Part shown: piece by piece, positions 28,699-38,128 of the stretch
Position numbering within the stretch: the first letter of the stretch is position 1
Layout of the letters: each line of letters begins with the position of its first letter
NCBI GenBank assembly: GCA_030770535.1
Contig: JASVEC010000024.1
Location: forward strand, 124,001 to 188,000
Length of the DNA stretch: 64,000 nucleotides
Source: Batkoa obscura
Taxonomy: Eukaryota
Direction of reading: 5' to 3'
The notes under the pieces: model-generated
What the model saw: only the letters and a program-made list of their open reading frames with translations
Told to the model about the DNA's origin: nothing
Databases searched by the model: none
Program-made: the position numbers and the translations under genes

Positions 28699-31215
28699 AT
28701 GGTCGACAATGGTCTTGTACCTTATTTTGCGGACTCAAAATACCTTCTTGATAACCGTCAACAGTTGATCATCACTGAATACGACATGGGTAGTAGTGAT
28801 GAAGAGGAAGCTAGTGTTCTGACCCCAGAAATAGAAACTGCTGCTTTAAATCAAGCTGCACTACCTCCTCACGTTGTAAACTCAGTCGTTACCTACGGAG
28901 CTGTCCCTATGCACGTCCTTGATGGTGACCTCTCCGCTTGGAGACAATACCAAAATAGTGGCTCCAGTACTCAAATCAATTTTCGTGCCCAGTACCAAAC
29001 GGTACCTACCCTTTCCCACGTTCAACAATATCTAGTAGAGTTCCTGCACAACAAACTCATCCAGATGGTTGGTGAACTCGACCGTCTTTCAATTCATAAC
29101 AATGAATTGTCTACCTCTTTAAGCTCACTTTTAGCTACGGTTAACAACCTTTCCATGATCAGTAACCAAAAGAGTGGTGTCATCGCCCCTTCAAATGAAC
29201 TCCATGTTAGTAAGTTAAATGAGCTCAATCAAAGACTCAATAACACCGTTACCTATGAAGCCCACAGAGAGTTAGTAAGAGAAGTAGGAGATCTCAAAGC
29301 TGAATTACGTCAGCTCGATACTGCTCTACATTCTGAACTTGTTAAAATCTCCGATGAGATCAACCTTTCCCTCACTGAGATCAATGACCATACTACTGAA
29401 AGAATCTCAGATATTGACGGAAAAACAAAAGCCACTTTCGCAGAACTCCACAGATCGCTAATGAATAAATTCAAAGAGTATAATCACCGCTTATCCTGTA
29501 TTGAACAATCCCCTCCATCTACTTCAACCAAAGATGCTAGAATCTTGGCTTTAGAACAAGATTTAGCTGTTTGTAATGAACAAATGGCTCAACAAGTGAC
29601 TACCATTAGCCAGCTTATCACCTCCAATAATAATTTGAAGGAACAAATTAGACTGGACAAAGAACAAACAGTAGTTGACTGGGAGGAAATCTCGCGTAAC
29701 ATACAGAGTACCAGAGAAGAGCTCATTCTTCTTCAGACTAAGGTAGCTTCAAATACTAACCAAATCAAGGCATCTTCTTGCAATTGTAGAAAGGAGCGTA
29801 TTGCTGTTTCAGCACCTCCCTCCAGACTCTCGAGTTACAGAGACGTTCCAAGATACAATATGTATGATCTGGGTGATAGTGCCACAGAATCTATCTTTGG
29901 TACTGAATATCAAATAAACCATAAGTATCATGGTTCTGTTCACTTGGTACAACCGGATGATCAAACAAAGAAAGAAGAGAACTCTCCCCAAGTTTCCACA
30001 TACCTACCCCAATCAAATCCTAGAATGACTGCTGTACCTACTGATGGTATTTACTCAAGAAATCCTGCTACAGGATCTAACGCTGATCCAATACGACCTC
30101 GTGTACAATCTTATGCTGAAGTCAACCTAGCCAATCCTTTTAACAAAAATAAGTCATCACATATTGCCCCTCAAATCGCTCAACATATACCCTATGAGAA
30201 ATCTTCACCTCACTACGTACAAGCCGATCCGATTACTGTTCAACATGATCATGGTATATCACACAATACCCATGACGCTTATTTTAGTCATCCTGGACCT
30301 TCTGGTAACGATCCAAAATCACATAGCTTCTCAACACACCGCCACAACTACCCAAGAAGCTCCCAACCTGTTAACACAAAGTTTAATTTTAGTCTTTTAT
30401 TCAATCCAAGTGAAATTACTGCTACTACCTTCATTAAAGCTCTAGAAGTTCATCTCGATGCTAACAACTGGACCTATGAATGTCGTCCTCAATGCCTTTT
30501 AGGTCAACTACAAACAAATGAATTTTCTTGGTGCATGACTTTACCTGACGACTTACGCAGTAATTGGGATTCCTTCAAAAAGGCGTTTATAGACCATTAT
30601 GATTCCGATGTAAAAATGGAAGCAAAAAAGGCAGCCCTCTTATCTTTACGTTTAGACGACGAAAATAAACTTGAGAGTTTCATTACAAACGTAAGAAATC
30701 GTGCTAATGCCTTAATTTCCTGTGGAAAGTTAAGCGTTACAGACCTCCGCCTGGCCTTCCAGCGAAACCTTCCAAGTCATATCGCATGCCTTTTTCTAGA
30801 TCCTCACCATAACATCACCAACGTTACACAGATGATAGAGATTTTAGAATTATACCTTGGAAGTCCAAAAAGTGAAGTTAGACCCAAGAAATTATATGTT
30901 AATCACATAGATAAAGGGATGGACAACAACGAATACCTTCATTGTTTTACCATCACTCAACAACACTACTCCAACCATCGTAAATCTCGAGTATTTACTG
31001 GATGCTGGAACTGTGGTGAATATGGACACATTACCGTTAACTGCACTGAACCAAAGCCAGAAAATGGTATTTTTAAATATTATTTCGAAAAGAATGTTCG
31101 CAACAATGAACGTTTCAATAAAAATAAACAAATAAATCACCTCAATTATAACGATACTGAAGGCGATGATACTGAGAAGTTTGTCGACTCCGATAACGAG
31201 TCAAAAAACTTCTAA
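28699..31215 (+). CDS. gag: Retrotransposon Gag (838 aa) with long helical/coiled-coil-like N-terminus and CCHC zinc knuckle
   Basis: WDSFKKAFIDHY capsid-like segment; CWNCGEYGHITVNC fits CX2CX4HX4C. Confidence 0.9.
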   Translation: MVDNGLVPYFADSKYLLDNRQQLIITEYDMGSSDEEEASVLTPEIETAALNQAALPPHVVNSVVTYGAVPMHVLDGDLSAWRQYQNSGSSTQINFRAQYQTVPTLSHVQQYLVEFLHNKLIQMVGELDRLSIHNNELSTSLSSLLATVNNLSMISNQKSGVIAPSNELHVSKLNELNQRLNNTVTYEAHRELVREVGDLKAELRQLDTALHSELVKISDEINLSLTEINDHTTERISDIDGKTKATFAELHRSLMNKFKEYNHRLSCIEQSPPSTSTKDARILALEQDLAVCNEQMAQQVTTISQLITSNNNLKEQIRLDKEQTVVDWEEISRNIQSTREELILLQTKVASNTNQIKASSCNCRKERIAVSAPPSRLSSYRDVPRYNMYDLGDSATESIFGTEYQINHKYHGSVHLVQPDDQTKKEENSPQVSTYLPQSNPRMTAVPTDGIYSRNPATGSNADPIRPRVQSYAEVNLANPFNKNKSSHIAPQIAQHIPYEKSSPHYVQADPITVQHDHGISHNTHDAYFSHPGPSGNDPKSHSFSTHRHNYPRSSQPVNTKFNFSLLFNPSEITATTFIKALEVHLDANNWTYECRPQCLLGQLQTNEFSWCMTLPDDLRSNWDSFKKAFIDHYDSDVKMEAKKAALLSLRLDDENKLESFITNVRNRANALISCGKLSVTDLRLAFQRNLPSHIACLFLDPHHNITNVTQMIEILELYLGSPKSEVRPKKLYVNHIDKGMDNNEYLHCFTITQQHYSNHRKSRVFTGCWNCGEYGHITVNCTEPKPENGIFKYYFEKNVRNNERFNKNKQINHLNYNDTEGDDTEKFVDSDNESKNF

Positions 31216-31246
31216 GTGGGAGGATAAATGAGGATCCCCCTTCCAC
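31203..31246 (+). promoter_or_regulatory. -1 programmed ribosomal frameshift signal
   Basis: In-frame slippery heptamer A AAA AAC (31203-31209), 6-nt spacer, stem GTGGGAGG/CCTTCCAC; pol lies in the -1 frame and is open from this point. Confidence 0.85.
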
Positions 31247-34200
31247 GAAGTTAAAAATTCCTCCTGATCCAGATGATAGCACTGGATTAGACCTTAAAGT
31301 TAATACGCTTTCAAAATTTGACCCCTCTACCCTCATCCTAGCACTTCCTTCGCGAATTCGTGGTAGACCTAAAAAGAAAAGAGTTCCTGTTGTGGAAATC
31401 CCTAAAGTCATTCCACCTCGAATTTTCAAGCTACCTGATAACTCTATTAATGCTCCTGATTCGATTCCAATGAACGAGATCTCCAAACCTTACATCTCAC
31501 AATTATCCGATTTATCTAAACTATCCCTCACACAAAGCGAACTAGATAACACGCATCAGTGGTTAACCAATGTTACGATCCCAATCCCGCTAGACAAGAT
31601 CTTAACTGGAGAATCAGACTTAGCAATTGCATTTAGAAAAATTATTAGAGAATACCAGAATCCAAATAAACAGATTCTTTTAGTAAACCTCGATGACAAA
31701 GCTAACTCCATCGATTGTACTTACATCAATGCGTCAATTTATAAAAAGAATGTACGCATCATATTAGATAGTGGAGCTCCTATCAATTTCATATCGAGTC
31801 GTCTGGTAAAACGATTATCCTTTAAACCAGATATAGATTGCTCAGACACCTTTGGTACAGCTGGAACTGGAACTACTACAGCGCTAGGAGCATACTCATC
31901 AATACCAATCAAATTTGGAAAACTAACCTTAGCCTTTCCAGCAATAGTATTAGAAAGTGAAGGTTATGACTTCCTCCTAGGCACCGAATTCTTTGTGAAA
32001 CACGGTTGTCAATTGTTGTACGATCAAAATATCTTAAAAATATTAGATCAATCCATCCCAATGTACTACAATAAACCAAGAGACCTATCTATCAATATGA
32101 TAAACAATAAATCTCCTGGCTGCCGTATAATGAACTATCGGACCAACAATAAATTAATTGATGTCACTCTCTGCGGATCAGAATCCGTAATTCATCAATA
32201 TCCAGAGATAGCATATAAACAGTCTGGAATTCCCGTTATTTCTCCTAAGAACTTATTAATACCGCCTAAGTCACAGATAGTATTAGATACTGAGATCTCA
32301 CTATGGATACCTAAGGAATTCCATTTATCTATATATAGTATAGAAGGTGTCTCACAATTAGAACCACTAACTATGCCCGGAATTTTAGGCAACAACATGA
32401 ATGAGACTATCAAGTTATTACTTGCAAACATTACCAAAAAAGAAATCAATATCTCTAGAGGCCAACAGATTGGCACGATATACGTAGAAAACAACGCCTT
32501 GATTAATACTTTCAGTAAATTTGCAACACTAGAAGAATTTCAAATTCACGAAGAGGCCCCAAATAACCAAGCCCTTTTTGTGGAAAAAGACACTATTAAC
32601 CATCTAAACCAAGATGAACAACTCCAATTTTATAAATTGCTGGAGGAATATAAAGACATATTCGCAACTTCAGAAGAAGATATTGGTTGCGCTCGCAATA
32701 CTAAACATAAAGTATATACATGTGATTCATTACCCGTCGCAACTAAAGCATATCGTAAATCTCAATCTGAACTCAAAGCAGAACGAGAAGAAGTTCAAAA
32801 ACTCTTAAGGCTAGGTTTAATCATTCCTTCAAATAGTCCATGGGCCTCCCCCCTTATGATCGTTAAGAAAAAAGATGGAACTAATAGAGTAGTTATGGAC
32901 TATAGAAAGCTTAACAAAATCACAAAGAAAGATGTATACCCTCTACCCAGAATAGACGATGCGGTTGACCGATTACAAGGTGCTAAATACTTTTCAGCAA
33001 TGGATTTAATCTCAGGATACTGGCAGGTAGAAATGGATCCAGAAGACCAAGAAAAGTGCGCTTTAATAACTTCTGAAGGACTATTTCAACCAACTAGGAT
33101 GCCACAAGGCCTTTCGAACGCTCCCGCTACATTCCAGCGTCTTATGGATAATACACTAGGTGACCTTAAACTTTCGTGCGTATTAATTTACTTAGATGAC
33201 TTGAATGTGTTTTCAAGAACTTTTATAGATCACTTAACTCATCTTAAAGCAGTATTTGAGCGCCTCCGTCAAGCCAATCTAAAGTTAAAACCAAAGAAGT
33301 GTTCATTCTTCCAAACTAGTTTGGAATTTCTAGGCTATAAAGTCTCTGACAAAGGACTAGCCCCTATTCCAAATAAACTAGATGCAGTGAAGGAGCTTCT
33401 CCCCCCAACTACGATGCGGGAGGTACAAGTATTCCTTGGATTAATGAATTATTATCGAAGGTTTATAAAAGACTTTTCGAATTTAGCTACCCCACTGTTC
33501 CAATTACTAAAGAAAGAAGTCAAGTTTCAATGGAAGGAAGAACACCAACAAGCTTTTGAAGAGCTTCGCAACAAGCTGCTTAACGCCCCAGTATTGATGT
33601 TTCCAAATTTCTCAAAGCCCTTCTCACTACATACTGACGCTAGTCTAACTGCAGTTGGAGGTGTTTTAAGTCAACTCGATGATAACAATTGTGAACACCC
33701 AATAGCCTATACCTCTAGGACCTTGTCGAAACACGAAAGGAACTACACTACAACAGAGAAAGAATGCCTTGCAATTATTCATGCTATAAAGGCATTTAGA
33801 CCGTATATCTACGGCACTCACTTTACTGTTATTACTGATCATGTTTCCCTAAAATGGTTGTATTCAATCACTAATCCTGAAGGACGTTTAGCTAGGTGGG
33901 CTCTAAAACTACAATCGTATAGTTTTGATATAGTATATAAACCAGGTAAAGATCATCAAAATGCAGATGGGCTTAGCAGGTTACCCAGAATTTGTCTAGC
34001 TACCCCCATAGATGATGATTTGTACAATCTATTGGGTAATAAAGATAAATGGCCGCAGCAGCAGCCTGAACTCAAACAATGGCTTGAGAAAAACGCTCAA
34101 AATATCATTGTAAGAGATAATGCCTTGTATAAAAAGATTAAGGGAACATATATTCCATATATTAGGCCTTCTTCACGACTATCTGCATGCCAACAATTCC

Positions 34201-35225
34201 ATGATGTAATCTGTGGACATTCAGCCTTCCAAAAAACATACGATACTATGAAAGTCTCCTGCTATTGGGAATCAATGATACCAGATTTGGAAGACTTTAT
34301 AAATAATTGCGATGTTTGCAAGAGGGAACAAAGTAAAATAAAAGCTACAGCCTATAAGTTTATTTTACCTAAACATGCATTTCACACGGTAAGTATAGAT
34401 GTAATAGGTCCTCTCTGTGAGGCCTCCTCGGTAAGAGGGAACAAATTTATTGTTGTAGCTATCGACCATCTAACTAAGTGGGTTGAAGCAAAAGCAATAC
34501 CAAATCAGACTTCCTTTCACATATCTAAATTTATATACGAGGATATTATTTGTAGGCATGGAAGCCCTCAGGTGATACTTACTGATAACGCTGCCAATTT
34601 TGTTAACCTGGTTCTCCCGAAATTAGCTAGACTAATGGCCATAAAGCATTCTACTGCAGCTCCATATCATCCTGAAACTAACGGAATGGTTGAGAGAGTA
34701 AACGGTACACTAGTACGTATATTAAGGAAGCTGGCTTTCGATAAAACTAGCTCTTGGGATGAATATCTACATTCTGCTATTTTAGCATATAGATATTCAG
34801 TACATAGTATTACCAAAAAATCCCCTTTTGTTATGCTTTATGGGAGACATCCGGGACTCCCCATATCATTCGCTCCTTTGATAGTTAGACAAGAAGAGAT
34901 GAGTCCTGACATGTACTTGCTTAAGCTAACAAAAAAACTAATAGCTATCCAAGTTGACGCCTTTAATGCATTGACAGACTCGAAAACAAGGAGGTATCGA
35001 CAAGACATTTCTCGACTTCCTCGTCTAGCTGTCTTCAAAGTAGGTGATATCGTTCATCTGTACCCTTCCTATAATCAATCTAGAAAAAATAAACTAGCAT
35101 TGAAATGGGATGGACCATATGAAGTCATACATAAACACTTGTATGATAGCTATTCAATTAAACATAAACGAACAAGCGTTATATATAACCGAGTCCATGC
35201 CAAGTTTCTCAAATCAGCAATGTGA
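31203..35225 (+). CDS. pol: Retrotransposon Pol (via -1 frameshift): protease, dUTPase-like insert, RT, RNase H, integrase
   Basis: ILDSGAPINF; YPLPRIDD, MPQGLSNAPATFQR, YLDD; TDAS; HHCC; D..D..E (IDVIGP, TDNA, NGMVER); WDGPY; no chromodomain seen. Confidence 0.95.
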   Translation, partial: KKLLSGRINEDPPSTKLKIPPDPDDSTGLDLKVNTLSKFDPSTLILALPSRIRGRPKKKRVPVVEIPKVIPPRIFKLPDNSINAPDSIPMNEISKPYISQLSDLSKLSLTQSELDNTHQWLTNVTIPIPLDKILTGESDLAIAFRKIIREYQNPNKQILLVNLDDKANSIDCTYINASIYKKNVRIILDSGAPINFISSRLVKRLSFKPDIDCSDTFGTAGTGTTTALGAYSSIPIKFGKLTLAFPAIVLESEGYDFLLGTEFFVKHGCQLLYDQNILKILDQSIPMYYNKPRDLSINMINNKSPGCRIMNYRTNNKLIDVTLCGSESVIHQYPEIAYKQSGIPVISPKNLLIPPKSQIVLDTEISLWIPKEFHLSIYSIEGVSQLEPLTMPGILGNNMNETIKLLLANITKKEINISRGQQIGTIYVENNALINTFSKFATLEEFQIHEEAPNNQALFVEKDTINHLNQDEQLQFYKLLEEYKDIFATSEEDIGCARNTKHKVYTCDSLPVATKAYRKSQSELKAEREEVQKLLRLGLIIPSNSPWASPLMIVKKKDGTNRVVMDYRKLNKITKKDVYPLPRIDDAVDRLQGAKYFSAMDLISGYWQVEMDPEDQEKCALITSEGLFQPTRMPQGLSNAPATFQRLMDNTLGDLKLSCVLIYLDDLNVFSRTFIDHLTHLKAVFERLRQANLKLKPKKCSFFQTSLEFLGYKVSDKGLAPIPNKLDAVKELLPPTTMREVQVFLGLMNYYRRFIKDFSNLATPLFQLLKKEVKFQWKEEHQQAFEELRNKLLNAPVLMFPNFSKPFSLHTDASLTAVGGVLSQLDDNNCEHPIAYTSRTLSKHERNYTTTEKECLAIIHAIKAFRPYIYGTHFTVITDHVSLKWLYSITNPEGRLARWALKLQSYSFDIVYKPGKDHQNADGLSRLPRICLATPIDDDLYNLLGNKDKWPQQQPELKQWLEKNAQNIIVRDNALYKKIKGTYIPYIRPSSRLSACQQFHDVICGHSAFQKTYDTMKVSCYWESMIPDLEDFINNCDVCKREQSKIKATAYKFILPKHAFHTVSIDVIGPLCEASSVRGNKFIVVAIDHLTKWVEAKAIPNQTSFHISKFIYEDIICRHGSPQVILTDNAANFVNLVLPKLARLMAIKHSTAAPYHPETNGMVERVNGTLVRILRKLAFDKTSSWDEYLHSAILAYRYSVHSITKKSPFVMLYGRHPGLPISFAPLIVRQEEMSPDMYLLKLTKKLIAIQVDAFNALTDSKTRRYRQDISRLPRLAVFKVGDIVHLYPSYNQSRKNKLALKWDGPYEVIHKHLYDSYSIKHKRTSVIYNRVHAKFLKSAM

Positions 35226-35311
35226 TTCAATGAATACAATTTGTAACTAGTCAAATTCCATCTCATAGGTTCTCGGTAAGTAAGCCATAAAAATTCACTA
35301 TATCAAATCAT

Positions 35312-35322
35312 AGGGAGGGAAA
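35312..35322 (+). promoter_or_regulatory. Polypurine tract
   Basis: AGGGAGGGAAA immediately before the 3' LTR. Confidence 0.85.
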
Positions 35323-35722
35323 TGTGAAATATCGCTTTGTCAGTCCCATGGTTAATTATTTTGATTTGTTATGAGAATTTCTAGTTCCACCCAAAAGAAT
35401 ATTATCTTCTCATTTTGATACTTATACTTTTCAGAGTATAAAAGAGTTTACAGAATATAATAGTTCGAGGCTTTTTAACTGAATTAATCCCTGATATCTC
35501 GAACATTTAATAAAGCCACTAAGTTTTCTTAATAGTATTTTACATAGATTTTACATTAGTATTGTCTATTCTATTTGTCTTATATAGCTTGTAACCTATT
35601 ACGTGCTATTCCTCATAACCCAAGTCTATCTTAGTCACATAAACTAAGACCTTTTGACTTATAGTGTAGTCAACCCAGCAATAGCTGTTCTTGACTCCAA
35701 ACCCTGAGTACCAGATTTCACA
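35323..35722 (+). repeat. 3' LTR (400 bp)
   Basis: Direct repeat of 28170-28569. Confidence 0.97.
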
Positions 35723-35759
35723 AAGCCTAATATTTGTTCTTTATTTTTTCATTTTTTTA

Positions 35760-35866
35760 TATATGGGGATGTATTTTTGTGTTTAACAATTTTACTAACA
35801 AACTTTCCGCTTAAATAGCGCTTAGAAAATGAAAAAAGTAATGAAGTCAAAAAAACACTCTCATAT
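35760..35866 (+). mobile_element. MITE-like copy (GAGAGTG-end variant) between the 3' LTR and the solo LTR
   Basis: TATATGGGGATGTATTTTTGTG...AAAACACTCTCATAT. Confidence 0.88.
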
Positions 35867-35878
35867 TAATATTGCTGT

Positions 35879-36343
35879 TGTGAAATCTGGTACTCAGTGA
35901 TTGGAGTCAAAAACAGCTATTTCCTGGTTGACTATACTGTAAGTCGAAAGGTCTTAGTTTATGTGACTAAGATAGACTTGAGCTATGAAGAATAACACCT
36001 AATAAGCTATGGACCATGTAAGATAGATATAATAGATAATACTAATGTAAATCTACGTAAAATACTATTAAGAAAACTTAGTGGCTTTATTAAATGTTTG
36101 GGATATCAGGGAATAATTCAGCTAAAAAGACTCAAGCTACTATACTCTGTAAACTCTCTTATACTCTGAAAAGTATAAATATCAAAATGAGAAGATAATA
36201 TTCTTTGGGATGGAGCTAGAAATTCTCATAGCAAATCAAACTAAGAACGTGTGGGATTGATTTTCTCTGAACTCAAGAACACAACAGCTTAGGCGATTGT
36301 TATGCTATAATTAACCATGGGACTGACAAAGCGATATTTCGCA
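35879..36343 (-). mobile_element. Diverged solo LTR of the same gypsy family, opposite orientation
   Basis: Reverse complement of the LTR with scattered substitutions plus an extra ~65-bp segment (36241-36306); flanks CTGT/CTAT resemble a degenerate 4-bp TSD. Confidence 0.92.
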
Positions 36344-36401
36344 CTATAAAAAAGAGCTAGAAATTTGAAAATTTATTTACAGAAATTATATCTAATTTTA
36401 A

Positions 36402-36509
36402 TATATGTGGATGTTTTTTTGTGTTCAAGAATTTTACTAACAAATTTTTCGCTCAAATAGTACTTAAAAAATGGAAAAAGTAATGAAGCCAGAAAAGCAC
36501 CCCCATATA
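36402..36509 (+). mobile_element. MITE-like copy
   Basis: TATATGTGGATGTTTTTTTGTGTTCAAGAATTTTACTAAC...GCACCCCCATATA. Confidence 0.85.
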
Positions 36510-36660
36510 TTATAGACTTTCAAAATATCTTTTAAAATAAAAATTCATATTGCATAAAAAACAAAAAAATGAAATAGAAAATTTTATCTTGATTTTAACC
36601 ACTTTAAATTTATATATATATCTGTACTAAAAAACGAATTTTTAGCTTGAAAACACTAAA

Positions 36661-36751
36661 GGGTGTCTTTTTCTTTGTTTAAGAGTTCTACTAACAACTT
36701 TATTTGATAGTACTTAATTAGAAAAATAGATAAAACTAGTAATTACATCCT
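36661..36751 (+). mobile_element. Degenerate MITE-like copy
   Basis: GGGTGTCTTTTTCTTTGTTTAAGAGTTCTACTAACAAC...ATAGTACTTAA...ACATCC; partial match to consensus. Confidence 0.5.
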
Positions 36752-37157
36752 TGCTATAATGTTTGTGAAAGCCTTTTTTTTAAAATCAATCACTGGTAAA
36801 AAAAAATACTAGTTATGAAATAAAAAGTGAAGGTTTTATAAAACTAAATAATTAGGAGATTTGATTAAATATAGAAAGTTATATTTAGACATATTATAAA
36901 TTAAAAATACAAGGCATTTAGTTACCTTAAAAACATTCCTATACTCAAAGATATTATTATTTTAATTAAATCTAATAGATTTATAAATGGTTATTTATGA
37001 CTAAAGCTTACTTTTGTAATAGCAATATTATTTAACATAGGTAAAATAGCTTTAAAGTATTAAAAGATTAATTATTCATATTATAAAACATAACTAATAT
37101 CAAATCTGTATAAAGTGAAACATGGCTAATAACAAATTTTAAAATGTAAAACATTAT

Positions 37158-37258
37158 ATATAAGGGTGTTTTTTTGGCTTCATTACTTTTCATCTTTTAA
37201 GCACTATTTAAGCGGGAAATTTGTTAGTAAAATTCTTAAACAAGAATACATCCTCATA
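37158..37258 (-). mobile_element. MITE-like copy
   Basis: GGGTGTTTTTTTGGCTTCATTAC...AATACATCCTCATA. Confidence 0.85.
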
Positions 37259-37825
37259 CATATTATTTTATAGTTAACTTCAGCTTCCAACTAAATCAAT
37301 TAATGTTGATATTAAAGTGAAATGTTAAATTAAAAAACCAAATATAATACTTGAATTAAAAAATTAAGATTATTTTTTTTACCTATGTTAAATAATATCT
37401 AAAGGTATTTCAATTTGCAAAAATTGTAAGAATTGTTTAGGTTTTTGAAGGAAAGTTCGTCTTACTTCTCATGCTAATTCTGATAGAAAGAATTTCAATT
37501 ATAAAACATCAAGCAACTATCATCCACATATTTTTTAGTAGTTCGAAGTCTATTTTCATATTTCTTAAGACAATAAATATTAAGTATACAGTAAATAAAA
37601 ATTCACTAATATTCTTTTAGTAATCTACTCCAAAATTAAAAATTCAATTTTTGATTTCTTTTAAAAATGACAACTTTCAATTGCCCCAAAAACCCGGTCG
37701 AAAAAGCGCTAGAATAATTCGTGCAATTGTCGCAGCTTAGTTGAATATTCAGCAAAAATTAAATCCACCACAACCACTTAACCAACTTCAAACTATACTA
37801 CTTCTTTGTTCAAAGTAAGCTAAAG

Positions 37826-38128
37826 ATGTCCTTATTCAAATCTCTTATCGCCACTTCTATGCGCTCTTATGCCACCAAGTCCCTTTTTGTAGGTAACATG
37901 CCATACAAAGCTACTGCTGAAGATTTATCTCAATTATTTGAAAAATATGATGTATCTAGAGTCACTATACCAAATGATGAATTAGGTCGTGGACGTGGCT
38001 TTGCATTTGTTGAAATTGAAGAAGAATTCGTCGATCAAGCTATTTCGGAAAATAATGAACAGGAGTTTCAAGGTCGTAGAATTCGTGTTTCTGAAGCAGC
38101 TAATAAACCTAGGTTTAGTAAACAATAA
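37826..38128 (+). CDS. Small single-RRM RNA-binding protein with mitochondrial-type presequence
   Basis: RNP2 LFVGNM, RNP1 RGFAFVEI; N-terminus MSLFKSLIATSMRSYA. Confidence 0.85.
   Translation: MSLFKSLIATSMRSYATKSLFVGNMPYKATAEDLSQLFEKYDVSRVTIPNDELGRGRGFAFVEIEEEFVDQAISENNEQEFQGRRIRVSEAANKPRFSKQ

Larger units (their letters stand above)
28170..35722 (+). mobile_element. Full-length Ty3/gypsy LTR retrotransposon
   Basis: Two 400-bp LTRs (TGTGAAAT...ATTTCACA), AAGC target-site duplication (28166-28169 and 35723-35726), PBS, PPT, gag plus PR-RT-RH-IN in gypsy order. Confidence 0.97.

Noticed and set aside
29809..35038. Short alternative-frame or antisense ORFs within gag/pol (e.g. 31142-31486, 32195-32494)
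   Set aside because: Overlap the main ORFs and show no recognisable domains; no env-like third ORF seen.
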